DNA of 32,000 bases from Enterobacteriaceae endosymbiont of Donacia provostii (GCF_012570145.1 NZ_CP046206.1:421918-453917); one strand, 5' to 3'. Counted from the stretch's first letter, positions 1 through 10,470 are shown. Notes: generated from the letters alone by a model not told the origin. A program made the numbers and translations.

Positions 1-1134
1 TTAGGAATACCAGCAATTGTTGGTACTGGTAATATTACTAAAAAAGTTCAAACAAATGATTACATTATTTTAGATAGTATTAATAATAATATTTTTATTA
101 ATCCTTCTGAAGAAATTATCCAAGAAAAAAAAAGATTATTTAATATATATATGATAGAAAAAGAAAAATTAAAAAAAATTAGTAATTTACCTGCAAAAAC
201 TAAAGATAATTATCAAATAAAAATTTGTGGTAATATAGGTTCATTAAAAGAACTTAAAAATATTCAAAATAATGGTGCTGATGGTATTGGATTATATAGA
301 ACAGAATTTTTATTTATGAATCGTGATTTTCTTCCTTCAGAAGAAGAACAATTTTTTGTTTATAAAAAAATTGCAAAAAATATGTATAATAAAACTGTTA
401 TTATTAGAACAATGGATATAGGTGGAGATAAAAAAATATCATATATGAATTTACCTAAAGAAGATAATCCATTTTTAGGATATAGAGCTATCAGAATTAG
501 TATTGATAGAAAGGATATTTTACATACACAATTAAGGGCAATTTTAAGAGCTTCTTCTTTTGGTAAGTTGTGTATAATGTTTCCTATGATTATTTCTATT
601 GATGAAGTTCTTTTTTTAAAAGAAGAATTAAAATTTTTAAAAAAACAATTACAAAAACAAAAATATGAATATAATAAAAATATTTCTATTGGTATAATGA
701 TAGAGACTCCAGCATCAGCTGTGATAGCTCATTTCTTAATAAAAGAAATTGATTTTTTTAGTATAGGTACAAATGATCTAACACAGTATACCTTAGCTGT
801 AGATAGAGGAAATGATTTAATTTCACATTTATATAATCCTATTCATCCAGCTGTTTTATGTCTTATTAAAAAAGTTATAGATGCTTCTCATTCAGAAGGA
901 AAATGGACAGGAATGTGTGGTGAATTAGCAAGTGATGAATTTTTTATTCCTGTATTATTAGGGATGGGTTTAAATGAATTAAGTATGAATGCTATTTCTA
1001 TTCCAAAAATTAAAAATATTATCCGTAATATAGAATATATTAAAGCTAAGGAATTAGCTAATAATATTTTATTACAACCTACAATTAAAGATATTCAAAA
1101 ATTATTATTAGAATTTAATAAAAATATTTTTTAA
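1..1134 (+). CDS. ptsI: PTS enzyme I (phosphoenolpyruvate-protein phosphotransferase), C-terminal 377 codons; the 5' end lies outside the window
   Basis: Frame 1 is open from base 1 (LGIPAIVGTGNIT...), upstream of the tracked Met at 151. EI PEP-utilising domain motifs are present: GLYRTEFLFM, RTMDIGGDK, FFSIGTNDLTQYTLAVDRGN, KWTGMCGELA. crr follows directly, as in the ptsHI-crr operon. Confidence 0.95.
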   Translation, partial: LGIPAIVGTGNITKKVQTNDYIILDSINNNIFINPSEEIIQEKKRLFNIYMIEKEKLKKISNLPAKTKDNYQIKICGNIGSLKELKNIQNNGADGIGLYRTEFLFMNRDFLPSEEEQFFVYKKIAKNMYNKTVIIRTMDIGGDKKISYMNLPKEDNPFLGYRAIRISIDRKDILHTQLRAILRASSFGKLCIMFPMIISIDEVLFLKEELKFLKKQLQKQKYEYNKNISIGIMIETPASAVIAHFLIKEIDFFSIGTNDLTQYTLAVDRGNDLISHLYNPIHPAVLCLIKKVIDASHSEGKWTGMCGELASDEFFIPVLLGMGLNELSMNAISIPKIKNIIRNIEYIKAKELANNILLQPTIKDIQKLLLEFNKNIF

Positions 1135-1146
1135 AAAGGATATAAA

Positions 1147-1653
1147 ATGAACATTTTTTCTAATTTTTTTCATAAAAAATCTAAAAAAATTGAAATTACT
1201 AAAATTTTTGCTCCTATTTCAGGTAAAATTATTGAAATAGAAAAAGTTCCTGATGTTGTTTTTTCAGATAAAATAGTAGGAGATGGTATTGCCATTAATC
1301 CAGTAGGAAATATAATTTTATCTCCTGTTGATGGAATTATAGGTAAAATTTTTGATACTAATCATGCTTTTTCAATTAAAACTTATAATAATATTGAATT
1401 ATTTATTCATTTTGGAATTGATACAATTAATTTTAAAGGAAAAGGATTTACAAGAATATTTGATTTAGAAAAAACTAATGTAGTTAAAAAAGGCGAAATA
1501 ATTATTAAATTAGATTTAGATTTTTTAAAAAAATCAGCTAAATCTATATATACTCCAATAGTAATTTCTAATATTGATAAAATAAAAAAAATTAAAAAAT
1601 ATAAAGGTAATGTTATTGCTGGTATAGATCCTATATTAGAAATATACAAATAA
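1147..1653 (+). CDS. crr: PTS glucose-specific EIIA component
   Basis: 168 aa. VPDVVFSDKIVGDGIAINP, DGIIGKIFDTNHAFSI and ELFIHFGIDT align closely with E. coli IIA-Glc (169 aa) as I recall it. AAGGA lies 8 nt upstream of the ATG, and the gene sits 12 nt after the ptsI stop. Confidence 0.95.
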   Translation: MNIFSNFFHKKSKKIEITKIFAPISGKIIEIEKVPDVVFSDKIVGDGIAINPVGNIILSPVDGIIGKIFDTNHAFSIKTYNNIELFIHFGIDTINFKGKGFTRIFDLEKTNVVKKGEIIIKLDLDFLKKSAKSIYTPIVISNIDKIKKIKKYKGNVIAGIDPILEIYK

Positions 1654-1668
1654 ATTTTTTTATATAGA

Positions 1669-1706
1669 ACATTTTTTAATAATAAAAAATAATTATTAAA
1701 AAATGT
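1669..1706. terminator. Perfect 15-bp inverted repeat with an 8-nt loop between convergent crr and yebC; candidate bidirectional terminator
   Basis: acattttttaataat (1669-1683) pairs perfectly with attattaaaaaatgt (1692-1706). Only one G:C pair and no clean downstream U-tract on either strand, so function is uncertain. Confidence 0.35.
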
Positions 1707-1802
1707 CTAATACATATAATGTATGTAATATCTTATTTTAAGATATATTATATTATGATATAATTTAATTATTTTTTTATTTACAAAATTATCAATAATT
1801 TC

Positions 1803-2528
1803 TTATATCTTAGCATTGTGATAAATATTTTTAATATCTTTATTATCTTTATATATAGATAATAAATAAAGTAATTTATTTTTTGTAATATTATTAATTT
1901 TTTTTTCTATAAAAGGTTTTATAATTAATTCATTTTTAATTGGTTTAATTTTGAATTTTTTTATCTCTTTAGTTAAAAATTTATATTTTTCTTTTGTAAA
2001 AATAATTTTAATATTATTATTATTAATAATAATATCATTTGCTTTTAACTTTTCAGCTAAATTTAGAATATCATCTATATTATTTTGACATGAATATGTA
2101 ATAAATATTTCTTTATTAAATAAATAATCTACAGCACCTTTTTGTTTTAAATTACCTCCAATTTCATTTAAAATTTTACGTATAAAAGATATAGTTCTAT
2201 TATTATTATTTGTTAAACATTGTATTAATAATGCAATGTTTTCAGGACCGTATCCTTCATAATAAATTTCTTTTAATGTATTTTTTTCATAATTTTTATT
2301 AGTATTTTTTTTTTGTAAAATTTTATTGATTATAGTACGACTCATATTATGAAATAATGCTTTTTCTATAATTAATTTTAACTTAGAATTATACTGTGGA
2401 TTTGTCCCTTTACCTATTTTAACAGCTGAATTTAATTCTTTAATAATTTTAGAAAATATTTTATCTTTTTTACTATCTTGAGATTTTTTACGATAACGTG
2501 TATTAGACCATTTGCTATGTCCAGACAT
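1803..2528 (-). CDS. yebC: YebC/PmpR (TACO1) family probable transcriptional regulator
   Basis: 241 aa with the family-typical N-terminus MSGHSKWSNTRYRKK. AAGGA lies upstream of the ATG. The gene sits 18 nt downstream of aspS, the same order as E. coli aspS-nudB-yebC-ruvC. Confidence 0.9.
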   Translation of the reverse strand: MSGHSKWSNTRYRKKSQDSKKDKIFSKIIKELNSAVKIGKGTNPQYNSKLKLIIEKALFHNMSRTIINKILQKKNTNKNYEKNTLKEIYYEGYGPENIALLIQCLTNNNNRTISFIRKILNEIGGNLKQKGAVDYLFNKEIFITYSCQNNIDDILNLAEKLKANDIIINNNNIKIIFTKEKYKFLTKEIKKFKIKPIKNELIIKPFIEKKINNITKNKLLYLLSIYKDNKDIKNIYHNAKI

Positions 2529-2546
2529 TAGATATTCCTTTATATA

Positions 2547-4301
2547 TTAAAAAATATATGATAATCCATAATCTTTAAGTAGATTAATTTCTATGTAATT
2601 TGGAGCATTAGTTAATAAACAATTAGCAGATGTTGTTTTTGGAAATGCTATAACATCACGAATATTATTAGTATTAGCTAATAACATTACTAATCTATCT
2701 AATCCTAAAGCTATTCCTATATGAGGAGGAGTACCAAATTGTAAAGCCTTTAAAAAAAAGCCAAAATTTTTTTGTTGATTTATTTTACTTATTTTTAAAA
2801 TTTTAAATATTTTTTTTTGTATTTTATAATTATCTATTCTTTTAGAACCACTACCTATTTCATATCCATTAATAACTAAATCATATGAGTCAGAAATTAT
2901 TTTTTGAGGATTATTATCTAAAAAATTATATAATTCTTCTATAAGATAATTTTTTGGAGATGTAAACGGGTGATTCACAGAAACTAAATTATCTTCTTTA
3001 TCTTTTTTAAATAATGGATAATTAATTATCCATACAGGATGATATGTTTTATCATAAATAATTTTTAAATCTTTACATAATTTTTCTCTTAAATATCCCA
3101 TAGAAGACATATTATCATATTTATATTCTGTTCCTATAAAAATAATATCATGATCAGAAGAATTATTTTTAATAATAATATCTTTTGTTATATAAGAATT
3201 TAAATTAGAAAAATATTTATTTTTTTTATTAAATAGATTAATTAATTTATTTTGATATACTTGAAAAATATTTAAATCACTAGTACCATAATTTTTAATT
3301 AATGATATATAATGTTTAAAATTTTGTAATTTTATATTATATAAATATTTATTTTTAATATTAATAGAAATAATTCTATTAATATTTTTATTTTTACGAA
3401 AAAAAAAACTACTTATATCTATAAGTTTTAGATTATTTCTTAAATCAGGTTTATCTGTACCAAAAATTTTCATTGATTCTTGAAAAGTAAAAATTTTAAA
3501 TTTGTTTAGATAAACATTATTTATTTTATTACATATATAAAATATCATTTTTTCTATAAAAGTTCTAAATATATCTGATTTTGTAAAGGACATTTCTATA
3601 TCAATTTGTGTAAATTCTGGTTGACGATCTGAACGTAAATCTTCATCACGAAAACATCTAGCTATTTGATAATAACGATCTAATCCTGAAATCATTAATA
3701 ATTGTTTGAAAATTTGAGGAGATTGAGGTAAAGCATAAAAATGATGTTTATTTAAACGACTAGGTACTAAATAATCTCTTGAACCTTCTAATGTAGAATT
3801 TGTCAATATAGGAGTTTCAATATTTAAAAACTTATTTTTTTCCAAAAAATTTCTGATATAATGTGTAATATTTGATCGTAATTTTAAATTTTTAATCATT
3901 TTAAATTGTCTTAAATCTAAATATCTATATTTAAATCTAATTTGTTCCGTATTATTAATATTAATATCAATAGGGAGAGATTTAGATTTATTTAAAATAA
4001 TAATATTAAATACAATTATTTCAATATCTCCTGTAAATAATTTTACATTTTTATTTTTTTCTGTTCTTTCTACTATTTTTCCTATAATTTTAATACAAAA
4101 ATTATTACGTAATGTATTTGCTATTTTATAAGCTGCTCTATATTGAGGTTTAAAAACTGCTTGAATGATACCTTCTCTATCTTTTAGATTAATAAAAATT
4201 AATTTTCCTAAATTTCTATAACTTTCAATCCATCCATATAGAGTTATTTCTTTATTAAGAAATTTTTTATTAATTTCTCCACAAAAAAATTTTTTTTTCA
4301 T
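2547..4301 (-). CDS. aspS: Aspartate--tRNA ligase
   Basis: 584 aa versus 590 in E. coli. Class II motifs are present: FYALPQSPQIFKQLLM, YYQIARCFRDEDLRSDRQPEFTQID, GTPPHIGIALGLDRLVMLL, IRDVIAFPKT. Confidence 0.97.
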   Translation of the reverse strand: MKKKFFCGEINKKFLNKEITLYGWIESYRNLGKLIFINLKDREGIIQAVFKPQYRAAYKIANTLRNNFCIKIIGKIVERTEKNKNVKLFTGDIEIIVFNIIILNKSKSLPIDININNTEQIRFKYRYLDLRQFKMIKNLKLRSNITHYIRNFLEKNKFLNIETPILTNSTLEGSRDYLVPSRLNKHHFYALPQSPQIFKQLLMISGLDRYYQIARCFRDEDLRSDRQPEFTQIDIEMSFTKSDIFRTFIEKMIFYICNKINNVYLNKFKIFTFQESMKIFGTDKPDLRNNLKLIDISSFFFRKNKNINRIISINIKNKYLYNIKLQNFKHYISLIKNYGTSDLNIFQVYQNKLINLFNKKNKYFSNLNSYITKDIIIKNNSSDHDIIFIGTEYKYDNMSSMGYLREKLCKDLKIIYDKTYHPVWIINYPLFKKDKEDNLVSVNHPFTSPKNYLIEELYNFLDNNPQKIISDSYDLVINGYEIGSGSKRIDNYKIQKKIFKILKISKINQQKNFGFFLKALQFGTPPHIGIALGLDRLVMLLANTNNIRDVIAFPKTTSANCLLTNAPNYIEINLLKDYGLSYIF

Positions 4302-4710
4302 TTATAATAACCTTTACTTTATTAAAAAAATTTTATTATGTAATTAATAAAATTTTAATTTATATTTTTTAATTATAAAATATATATAAAAAAATTTTAT
4401 ATATATTTAATAATTAATTTATTTTTCATATGAAAAATACTATTTTTTAAAAAATTTAATAATATATTATTATATATATTTATTTTATGTTAAATATTTT
4501 TTAAATTTATAAAAAATAAAATTTATTATTTATATATATAATATTTTTAAGAAAATTTACATGTAAAAAATAAGTAATTTTTAATTTTATAAAAATTTAT
4601 TTTTAAATATATATAAATATATATAACATTATTGATTTTTTATATATGGAAATTTTTAAAAATATTATTTATTTTATATTAATAAATTATTTATATTAAA
4701 AAGGAAATAC

Positions 4711-6438
4711 ATGAATATAAAAAAATTTCTTTCAAATCAAATTCATAAGTCTATGATTAAAGCAGGTATTCCATCTAAATATAATGTTGTTTTACGTTCA
4801 TGCAAAAAAAAAAAATTTGGAGATTATCAAATTAATGGTATTATTTCTGCAGCTATACAATTAAAAATTGATCCTAATAGTCTTGCTAAAAAAGTAGTAA
4901 AATATATGAAATTGTATAATTTTATATATAAAATTACGATACTAAAAGGATATATTAATTTTTTTCTTGAAAAAAAATGGATATCTAAGCAAATTAATTT
5001 ATTAATAAATTCAAAAACATTAGGATTAACAAAAATTTGTATACCTAAAAATATAGTTGTTGATTATTCTAGTCCAAATATAGCAAAAGAAATGCATGTA
5101 GGACATTTAAGATCTACAATTATAGGAGATTCAATGGTACGTATTTTATCTTTTGTTGGACATAATGTCATTAAATCCAATCATATTGGAGATTGGGGTA
5201 CTCAATTTGGTATATTAATTGCTTTTTTAAAATTTAAAAAAAAAAAAATAGATTTTTTATTGTCTAATATAGAAAAATTATATAAACAAGCGCAATTAAA
5301 ATATAGTACAGATACTAATTTTGCTAAATTAGCTAAATATTATGTAGTAAAATTACAACAAAAAGATAAATCTTGTTTAAAAATATGGAAAAAAATAGTA
5401 AATATTACGATGAACTATAATTATAAATTATATGAAAAATTAAATGTTAAACTTACTTCAAAAGATACTATGGGTGAAAGTACATATCAAGATATGATTC
5501 CTGATATAATTAAAGATTTAAAAAATAAGGGAATTGCCATTAATCATAATGGAACAATTATGATTCCTATAAAAGGAGTGCAAAATAAAAAAGGGAAATT
5601 AATGGCAGTAATTATTCAAAAAAAAAATGGAGCATATCTTTATGCTACAGTAGATATTGCATGTATTAAATACCGTTATGATTTTTTTAAAGCTGATAGA
5701 ATTCTTTATTATGTAGATTCACGTCAAAAACAATATCTAAATCAAATTTTTAAAATAGTACATAATGCAAAATATATCCCTTCTAATTTAAAATTAGAAC
5801 ATCATATGTTTGGTATGGTTTTAAATAAAAATAATAAACCTTTTAAAACACGAGAAGGAAAAAATATAAAATTAAATTATTTAATTGATAAAGCTATTAT
5901 TAAATCTAAAAATATTCTTACAAAAAAAAATCCTTCAATTAAAAATAAAATATTAACTAAATTATCCCAAAAAATTGGAATAGGAGCTATTAAATATGCT
6001 GATCTATCTAAAAATAGAATTAATAATTATATTTTTAATTGGGATAAAATGTTATCATTAAATGGTAATACAGCTTTATATATTCAATATGCTTATGTAA
6101 GAACTATATCTTTATTAAAGAAAGCTAATATTAATTTAAATAATTTTTTAAATTTTAAAATTAAATTTATATCTCATCATGAATTTAATCTTGCTGTATT
6201 ATTTTTAGATTTTGAAGAAATTATTTTTGATATTGTTAATAAAGGAACTCCTCATTTATTATGTAATTGGTTATATAAAATTACAGTATTATTTTCTTCT
6301 TTTTATGAAAATTGTAAAATTTTAAATATAGAAAATAATCTAATCAAAATTAGTAGACTAAAAATTGTTTTTTTAACATCTTTATTTTTAAAGAAAGGAT
6401 TATACCTATTAGGTATAGATGTTATAGAAAAAATATAA
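4711..6438 (+). CDS. argS: Arginine--tRNA ligase
   Basis: 575 aa versus 577 in E. coli. Class I HIGH motif in SSPNIAKEMHVGHLRSTIIGD. AAGGAA lies 6 nt upstream of the ATG. Confidence 0.97.
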   Translation: MNIKKFLSNQIHKSMIKAGIPSKYNVVLRSCKKKKFGDYQINGIISAAIQLKIDPNSLAKKVVKYMKLYNFIYKITILKGYINFFLEKKWISKQINLLINSKTLGLTKICIPKNIVVDYSSPNIAKEMHVGHLRSTIIGDSMVRILSFVGHNVIKSNHIGDWGTQFGILIAFLKFKKKKIDFLLSNIEKLYKQAQLKYSTDTNFAKLAKYYVVKLQQKDKSCLKIWKKIVNITMNYNYKLYEKLNVKLTSKDTMGESTYQDMIPDIIKDLKNKGIAINHNGTIMIPIKGVQNKKGKLMAVIIQKKNGAYLYATVDIACIKYRYDFFKADRILYYVDSRQKQYLNQIFKIVHNAKYIPSNLKLEHHMFGMVLNKNNKPFKTREGKNIKLNYLIDKAIIKSKNILTKKNPSIKNKILTKLSQKIGIGAIKYADLSKNRINNYIFNWDKMLSLNGNTALYIQYAYVRTISLLKKANINLNNFLNFKIKFISHHEFNLAVLFLDFEEIIFDIVNKGTPHLLCNWLYKITVLFSSFYENCKILNIENNLIKISRLKIVFLTSLFLKKGLYLLGIDVIEKI

Positions 6439-6524
6439 AAATATTATTAACAAATATATTTTTTTTTAAAAAAATATTATCATGTCTCTATATTTGAGAG
6501 ATATAGAATTATTATAAGAAATTT

Positions 6525-7622
6525 ATGTTTAAAAAAAAAGTTATAGTCGCTATTTCTGGGGGAATAGATTCTTCTTTTTCTGCTTGGTTATTAAAAAAAC
6601 AAAATTATCATGTAGAAGGACTATTTATGAAAAATTGGGAAGAAGATGACATAAATAATACTTGTCAAAGTAAAGAAGATTTATATTATGCAGAAATGGT
6701 ATGTAAAAAATTAAATATTACTTTACATAAAATTAATTTTTCATCTGAATATTGGGATCATGTTTTTAAAAAATTTTTATCTGAATATCAAAAAGGTAAT
6801 ACACCTAATCCAGATATATTATGTAATAAAATCATTAAATTTAAATATTTTATGAATTTTGCTTTAAATAATTTAAAAGCTGATTTTATCAGTACAGGTC
6901 ACTATGTACGTTGTAAAAAAATTAAAAATCATTTTTTTTTATTAAAAGGTTTAGATTCTAATAAAGATCAAAGTTATTTTTTATATACAATAAAAGAAAA
7001 ACAATTAAAAAAAATTTTATTTCCATTAGGAGGTTTAAAAAAAAAAGAAGTTAGATATTTTGCAAAAAAACTAAAATTTATTAATGCTAATAAGAAAGAT
7101 TCTATGGGAATTTGTTTTATAGGTAAAAAAAATTTTTCTAATTTTATTAATAAATATTTACCCTCTAAAGAGGGTAATTTAGTAGATTTAAATGGTAAAA
7201 TTATAGGAAAACATAAAGGTTTAATTTATTATACTATAGGACAAAGAAAAAACATTGGATTAGGTGGATCAAAATTTTATAAAAATAAACCATGGTATGT
7301 TTATAAAAAAGATATAAAAAATAATACTTTAACTATTGTACAAGATAGAAAAAATTTAAATTTATATTTTATTGGATTAATTATAAATAATATTAATTGG
7401 ATTACTAATATTCCTATAATAAAAGGAAAAAATTATACTATTAAAACTAGATATAGACAAAAAGATGTGGGTTGTAAAATTATTTTTTTAAATAAAAATA
7501 AAATAAAAGCTTTTTTTAATACTCCTATTAATAGTATTACACAAGGACAATCAGCTGTATTTTATCATAAAAAAATTTGTTTAGGAGGGGGAATTATTAA
7601 AAAAGGAATACCATTAATTTAA
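6525..7622 (+). CDS. mnmA: tRNA-specific 2-thiouridylase
   Basis: 365 aa. PP-loop VIVAISGGIDSS, and catalytic-Cys contexts NPDILCNKIIKF and DSMGICFIGK. Confidence 0.95.
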   Translation: MFKKKVIVAISGGIDSSFSAWLLKKQNYHVEGLFMKNWEEDDINNTCQSKEDLYYAEMVCKKLNITLHKINFSSEYWDHVFKKFLSEYQKGNTPNPDILCNKIIKFKYFMNFALNNLKADFISTGHYVRCKKIKNHFFLLKGLDSNKDQSYFLYTIKEKQLKKILFPLGGLKKKEVRYFAKKLKFINANKKDSMGICFIGKKNFSNFINKYLPSKEGNLVDLNGKIIGKHKGLIYYTIGQRKNIGLGGSKFYKNKPWYVYKKDIKNNTLTIVQDRKNLNLYFIGLIINNINWITNIPIIKGKNYTIKTRYRQKDVGCKIIFLNKNKIKAFFNTPINSITQGQSAVFYHKKICLGGGIIKKGIPLI

Positions 7623-7709
7623 TAAAATAAAAAATTTACAATCATTTTATTTAGTAAAAGTTATTATCTTTCTTATTTTAAAATAAAATAATATTTTTAG
7701 AGTATTATA

Positions 7710-8837
7710 ATGAAAAAATATAATGTTAAAAAAGTATTAATTAATCTTATAAATGTTAATAAATCTTTTTATGGTAAAAAAATTATTTCTAATTTAAATT
7801 TAAATATAAATGATGGAGAATTTGTTACTTTATTAGGACCTTCAGGTTGTGGTAAAACTACTATTATTCGTTTAATAGCAGGTTTAGAAAAAATTGATAG
7901 TGGAAATATTTTTTTAAATAATATTGAAATAACAAAATGTCCGGCAGAAAAAAGACAAATTAATACTGTTTTTCAAACTTATGCATTATTTCCTCATATG
8001 TCTGTATTTGATAATATTGCTTTTGGATTAAGAATGCAAAAAAAAACACATCAAGAAATAATTTCTAAAGTAAATAAAATTTTAAAAATAGTACAATTAA
8101 AAAAGTTTGTAAATAGAAAACCATGCGAATTATCTGGTGGACAACAACAAAGAGTTGCCATAGCAAGAGCAGTAATAAATCAGCCTAAATTATTATTACT
8201 TGATGAGTCATTATCAGCTTTAGACCATAGATTACGTAAAAAAATGCAAAATGAATTAAAAGCATTACAAAGAAAATTAGGTATTACTTTTATATTAGTA
8301 ACACATAATCAAGAAGAAGCTTTAAGTATATCAGATAGAATTATTTTATTACGTAATGGTAAAATAGAACAAGATGGTACTCCTAGAGAAATATATGAAG
8401 AACCCAAAAATTTATTTGTCGCAAAATTTATAGGAGACATTAATATATTTAATGTTTCTATTTTAGAAAAAATTAATCATAATCAGTATAAAGTAAATTT
8501 AGAAAATTTTATTTGTACTATTAAAGTTCCATTTAATGTTATACCAGGAGAAAAAATACATGTCTTATTAAGACCAGAAGATTTAAAAATAAAAAAAATT
8601 AATACTAATACTAATACTAACACAGGTTTAATAGGTTATATACAAGAAAAAAATTATAAAGGTATGACATTAGAATCTATATTAAAATTAAAAAATGGTA
8701 AAATTATAACTGTAAGTGAATTTTTTAATGAAAATGATCCTTATGTTGATCATCCACTTAATCAAAAAATGTTAATCAATTGGGTCGAAACATGGGAGAC
8801 TGTATTGCCTTATGATAAAAACAATAGAAAATATTAA
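7710..8837 (+). CDS. potA: Spermidine/putrescine ABC importer, ATP-binding subunit
   Basis: 375 aa versus 378 in E. coli. Walker [10 protein letters not shown], signature [14 protein letters not shown], Walker B LLLLDES. The C-terminal regulatory domain aligns with E. coli PotA ([18 protein letters not shown]). Confidence 0.93.
   Translation: MKKYNVKKVLINLINVNKSFYGKKIISNLNLNINDGEFVTLLGPSGCGKTTIIRLIAGLEKIDSGNIFLNNIEITKCPAEKRQINTVFQTYALFPHMSVFDNIAFGLRMQKKTHQEIISKVNKILKIVQLKKFVNRKPCELSGGQQQRVAIARAVINQPKLLLLDESLSALDHRLRKKMQNELKALQRKLGITFILVTHNQEEALSISDRIILLRNGKIEQDGTPREIYEEPKNLFVAKFIGDINIFNVSILEKINHNQYKVNLENFICTIKVPFNVIPGEKIHVLLRPEDLKIKKINTNTNTNTGLIGYIQEKNYKGMTLESILKLKNGKIITVSEFFNENDPYVDHPLNQKMLINWVETWETVLPYDKNNRKY
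8601..8618 (+). repeat. Hexanucleotide tandem repeat (aatact)x3 inside potA
   Basis: aatactaatactaatact is followed by aac aca, encoding NTNTNTNT in frame at a non-conserved position of the PotA C-terminal domain. Confidence 0.85.
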
Positions 8838-9666
8838 AAAAAGTATAATTTTTTTAATTATTAGTTGGTTATTATTATTTATTTTTTTACCTAATATAAT
8901 AATAATTATTATGAGTTTTTTACAAAAAAATAATCATGATACGATTCTATTTCATTTTTCCTTAAATAATTATACTACATTATTTAATTATTTATATATT
9001 AAAATTTTTGTAAAAACTTTTATAATTTCATTAATTACAACTATTTTATGTTTTTTAATAGGTTATCCTTTCGCATGGTGCTTAATAAAAATATCTAATC
9101 ACAAAAAATCTTTAATGTTATTTTTTTTATTTTTACCGTTTTGGGTAAATTCTTTAGTTAGAATATATTGTTTAAAAATATTTTTAGGAATTCATGGATG
9201 GTTAAATAATATTTTGTTATATTTTAAAATTATTCATAATCCTATTCGTATTATTTATACCCCGAGTGCTATTATTTTAGGATTAATATATATTTTATTA
9301 CCTTTTATGATAGTACCAATATATTCTAGTTTTGAAAAACTAGACAAATTATATATAGAAGCAGCAAAAGACTTAGGTGCTCAATCTTGGAAAATTTTTT
9401 TTTACATAATTATTCCTTTAACGACTTCAGGAATTATAGCAGGATGTTTATTAGTTTTTTTATCTAGTATGGGAATGTTTTATATTTCTGATATAATGGG
9501 GGGGGCTAAACAATTATTAATTGGAAATATAATAAAAAATCAATTTCTCTATATTAGAGATTGGCCTTTAGGAGCAGCAACAAGTAATATTATAACATTA
9601 TTAACTGGTATTTTTTTAATATTATATTTTAAAATTATAAATTTTTTAAACAAAAAGGAATTTTAA
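8812..9666 (+). CDS. potB: Spermidine/putrescine ABC importer, permease
   Basis: 284 aa. Aligns along its length with E. coli PotB (FLPN..., [21 protein letters not shown] loop [12 protein letters not shown]). The only ATG ahead of the first TM segment is 8812, giving a 26-nt overlap with potA. Confidence 0.9.
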   Translation: MIKTIENIKKSIIFLIISWLLLFIFLPNIIIIIMSFLQKNNHDTILFHFSLNNYTTLFNYLYIKIFVKTFIISLITTILCFLIGYPFAWCLIKISNHKKSLMLFFLFLPFWVNSLVRIYCLKIFLGIHGWLNNILLYFKIIHNPIRIIYTPSAIILGLIYILLPFMIVPIYSSFEKLDKLYIEAAKDLGAQSWKIFFYIIIPLTTSGIIAGCLLVFLSSMGMFYISDIMGGAKQLLIGNIIKNQFLYIRDWPLGAATSNIITLLTGIFLILYFKIINFLNKKEF

Positions 9667-9669
9667 ATA

Positions 9670-10470
9670 ATGTTTAAATATATATGTAGAATAATTTTCA
9701 TAACTTTAATTTATATATGGTTATATATACCTATTATATTATTAATTATAAATTCTTTTAATAAATCAAATTTTGGAATGATATGGAAAGGATTTAGTAT
9801 TAAATGGTACTATTTAATTTTACATAATAATTCTTTATTACAAGTTACATATCATTCTTTATGTATTAGTATTATTACAGCTACATTTACAACTATTATG
9901 GGTTTATTAACATCTTTATCTTTATATTACTGTAATATACATATTAAATCGTTAATTAATACTTTACTATTTATAGTAATTATATCTCCAGATATCGTAA
10001 TGGGAATTTCTTTATTATTATTATTTATTATAATAAATTTTCCTCTTGGATTTTGGTCTTTATTATTTGCTCACATTACATTTTGTTTCCCATATGTAGT
10101 TATTAATATCTATTCTAGATTACAAAATTTTGATATTCGTATGATAGAAGCAGCAAAAGATTTAGGTGCAAATGAAATTGTTATTTTACAAAAAGTTATA
10201 TTACCTATAATATTTCCTGTAATTATTTCTAGTTGGTTAATAAGTTTTGTTTTGTCTATGGATGACATAACAATATCAACATTTGTGTCTGGACCAGAAT
10301 ATGAAATTTTACCATTAAAAATTTATTCAATGGCGAAAATAGGTATTACTCCGGAAATTAATGTGTTGGCTACTATACTTATATTATTAACTTTACTTTT
10401 AGTAATTATAAGTAAAATTATTTTAGGTAAATATAAAATATTTAATACAATTAATTCTTTACTAAGTTAA
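9670..10470 (+). CDS. potC: Spermidine/putrescine ABC importer, permease
   Basis: 266 aa versus 264 in E. coli. EAA loop [17 protein letters not shown] lies upstream, and the start is 3 nt after the potB stop. Confidence 0.9.
   Translation: MFKYICRIIFITLIYIWLYIPIILLIINSFNKSNFGMIWKGFSIKWYYLILHNNSLLQVTYHSLCISIITATFTTIMGLLTSLSLYYCNIHIKSLINTLLFIVIISPDIVMGISLLLLFIIINFPLGFWSLLFAHITFCFPYVVINIYSRLQNFDIRMIEAAKDLGANEIVILQKVILPIIFPVIISSWLISFVLSMDDITISTFVSGPEYEILPLKIYSMAKIGITPEINVLATILILLTLLLVIISKIILGKYKIFNTINSLLS

Noticed and set aside
1407-1649. 80-aa ORF on the minus strand.
   Set aside because: It lies entirely antisense inside crr, has an Ile/Leu/Phe-rich low-complexity translation and no ribosome-binding site. 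It is a typical shadow ORF in A+T-rich DNA.
2395-2403. DnaA-box-like tgtggattt (7 of 9 matches to TGTGGATAA).
   Set aside because: It is a single imperfect copy inside the yebC coding region, far from the rpmH-dnaN spacer, with no cluster.
4378-4408. 14-bp inverted repeat aaatatatataaaa / ttttatatatattt with a 3-nt loop in the aspS-argS spacer.
   Set aside because: It is pure A/T built from (ta)n and homopolymer runs. Such self-complementarity is expected by chance in about 5% G+C DNA.
4646-4699. 17-codon mini-ORF (MEIFKNIIYFILINYLY) just upstream of argS; possible leader peptide.
   Set aside because: My rough estimate is about a 10% chance per ATG of staying open this long at this composition. 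It has no Shine-Dalgarno sequence, no Arg codons and no attenuator-like structure.
6488-6506. Short hairpin ctatat-ttgagag-atatag after argS; possible terminator.
   Set aside because: The stem is only 6 bp with a single G:C pair (5 of 6 pairs A:T), and there is no U-tract. It is too weak to call.
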